64,000 bases of DNA. Origin: Squalus acanthias (Eukaryota). The translations under genes were made by a program, and so were the position numbers. The DNA is taken from positions 149,608,001-149,672,000 of the forward strand of contig CM059432.1 in the NCBI GenBank assembly GCA_030390025.1. Reading direction: 5' to 3'. The notes below the pieces were generated by a model. The model had not been told where the DNA came from. It searched no databases and saw only the letters and a program-made list of their open reading frames with translations. Below, piece after piece: positions 62,331 to 64,000 of this stretch (position 1 is its first letter; each line of letters starts with the position of its first letter).

Positions 62331-63453
62331 CTAAATGAACCTCGCAATAATGAGGGCATCCCGGCAGCAATGTGTGCCGCAGGTACTGCATTGCCTGCCT
62401 CCGCCTCCCACCCCTCCTCCTCCTCCTCCCCACCTCAGAATCGTCTGAAGAGGCTCTGTGCCTTGTTCCTCCTGCAGGTCCAAACCTCGCTGCAGCGCAA
62501 TATTGTGCAGAGCGCAGCACACCACAACCATTCTGGAGACCCTGGCATGAGTGTACCGAAGGGCGCCTCCAGATCTGTCCAGGCACCTGAACCGCATCTT
62601 CATCATGCCGATGGCTTGTTCATTGACACATTTGGTGGTCATATGGCTGTCAGTGTGTCGCGCCTAGGCCTCATTCCTCGATTTTCTGAGAGGTGTCATC
62701 AGCTATGTTTTAAGTGGGTATCCCTTGTCCCCGAGCAGCCAGCCAGCCGATAACTCTCCTTCCAGGTGTGAAGAGATCAGGGAGGGTGGACTGCCCCAGG
62801 GTGAAAGCATCATGGCAGCTGCCCGGGAATCTTGCGCACACCTGCATAAAGATCTTTCTGTGGTTGCACACCAGCTGCACATTGATGGAGTGGAAGCACT
62901 TGCAGTTGACGAACATTCCTGGGTGATCTGGGGGTGCCTTAATTGCCGCATGTGTGCAGTCGATGGCGCCCTGCACCTGTGGGAAGCCAGCCAGAGCTGC
63001 AACCCCGAGCGCCCGCTCATTCTGGCTGGCGTCATCGCAGGCAGAGTTGACATAATTGGTAGCCCTGGAAGGCACATTTGTGTGCTGCCATCTGCGAGAT
63101 CCTGCAAATGTCTCCGGCAGAGCCCTGGAAGGAACCAGTAGCAAAAATGTTGAGGGCAGTGGTGACTTTGACAGCCATTGGTAGAGCATGGTCACCAGGT
63201 CCAGCTGGAAGCAGGTCTTGTTCCAGCAGGTGGAAAATGTCTGCCACCACCTGAGCCTCCTGAGACACTGGTGTTCTGACATGTCGAGGAAGCTTCTCCT
63301 CTGCCTGTAGACCCTGTGTGCTGGGTACGGCCTCCTGCGAACTGCACCTCTCTCTTGCTCTCCTCTCTCCTGTGGAGCGGCAGGTCGGTGAGCGGCCGGC
63401 TGCTGCTACTCCTGGTCCTCCTCCGAGGTCCAAAGCAACATAGCGTACATGGC
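62331..63453 (-). pseudogene. PIF/Harbinger (HARBI1-like) DDE transposase, frameshifted; element ~61478-63950
   Basis: AVKVTTALNIFATGSFQ, GFPQVQGAIDCTH, FHSINVQLVC, PGSCHDAF, LLGDKGYPL, EQAIGMMKMRFRCL, CCALHNI; right terminus ttaaaattcctcccc homologous to the ~60284 end. Confidence 0.92.
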
Positions 63454-64000
63454 ACCTATGCTAATTTGATAGATCAGAGCTCCAAAGTTCAGACTGGATC
63501 ACACAACCTCCAAAGTGTAGATGAAACCACCAAAGTGTGCAAAGTAATCTCTCCGCACAAGTCCTCCGAACAAACCCTTTCACATAAGCAGGCAAAAAAG
63601 CAGCAGTGAGTGCGGAGTATTTATTGGCACATTTCCCGGTCATGGCTTCAGCCTCCTCAATTGCCGCTTTCACTGGCGAGTTCCAGGAATCCCAGGAAAC
63701 CCGTGGGGCCAAAGTTAAACTGTAAAACCCACGTCAATATCACTCTAATTGGGCGAATAACATATTGGAATTGACAACCCGCCGCTCCCGAGGGGGTTGA
63801 GGGCACGCGGCCTAACGCACTCGAGTGAAATGCGGGAGTCGGTGGGTTGGAGCCGTCTTCCTGGCGCGCTCGCATCTTTCCTGGATTTCACCACCCCCCC
63901 CTCCCCCCCCGGACCCAAACCCACGTGCTCATCCAAGTTAAAATTCCTCCCCCCGCCCACCTCCAATGACGTTTCTACATTTTCTCTGCAAAACAAAATA

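Noticed and set aside
62331..63453. Domesticated HARBI1 host gene
   Set aside because: Multiple frameshifts, TIR-like ends and a second similar copy nearby indicate transposon relics.

Overview
Eukaryotic, repeat-dense vertebrate genomic DNA. The repeat complement (SacSINE1-like DeuSINEs, abundant CR1 LINEs, Penelope fragments, PIF/Harbinger elements) points to a cartilaginous fish, probably a shark; this is an inference. The only host gene I can support is the 3' part of a STAC-family gene (SH3 and cysteine-rich domain adaptor) on the minus strand. Four GT-AG exons (42645-42739, 36945-36996, 12579-12716, 4287-4385) splice in frame into the tandem SH3 C-terminus. They are missed by the ORF track. 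I found no upstream exons in the window. The protein looks intermediate between STAC1 and STAC2. Nearly everything else is intronic mobile DNA: CR1 and L2 fragments (one with a 573-aa intact RT frame), about 10 DeuSINEs, Harbinger transposase and Myb/SANT pseudogenes plus MITEs, hAT MITEs, two solo LTRs with 5-bp TSDs, Penelope termini with minimal hammerhead ribozyme motifs, and two large satellites (44-bp and 16-bp units). The most unusual structures are (i) an inverted pair of hammerhead-bearing Penelope termini enclosing a copy of neighbouring flank DNA inside a 14-bp TSD, (ii) a Harbinger region with two divergent Myb/SANT genes, and (iii) satellites starting exactly at retroposon 3' ends. 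No prokaryotic features or CRISPR arrays are present. Family assignments come from recalled motifs, not database searches.
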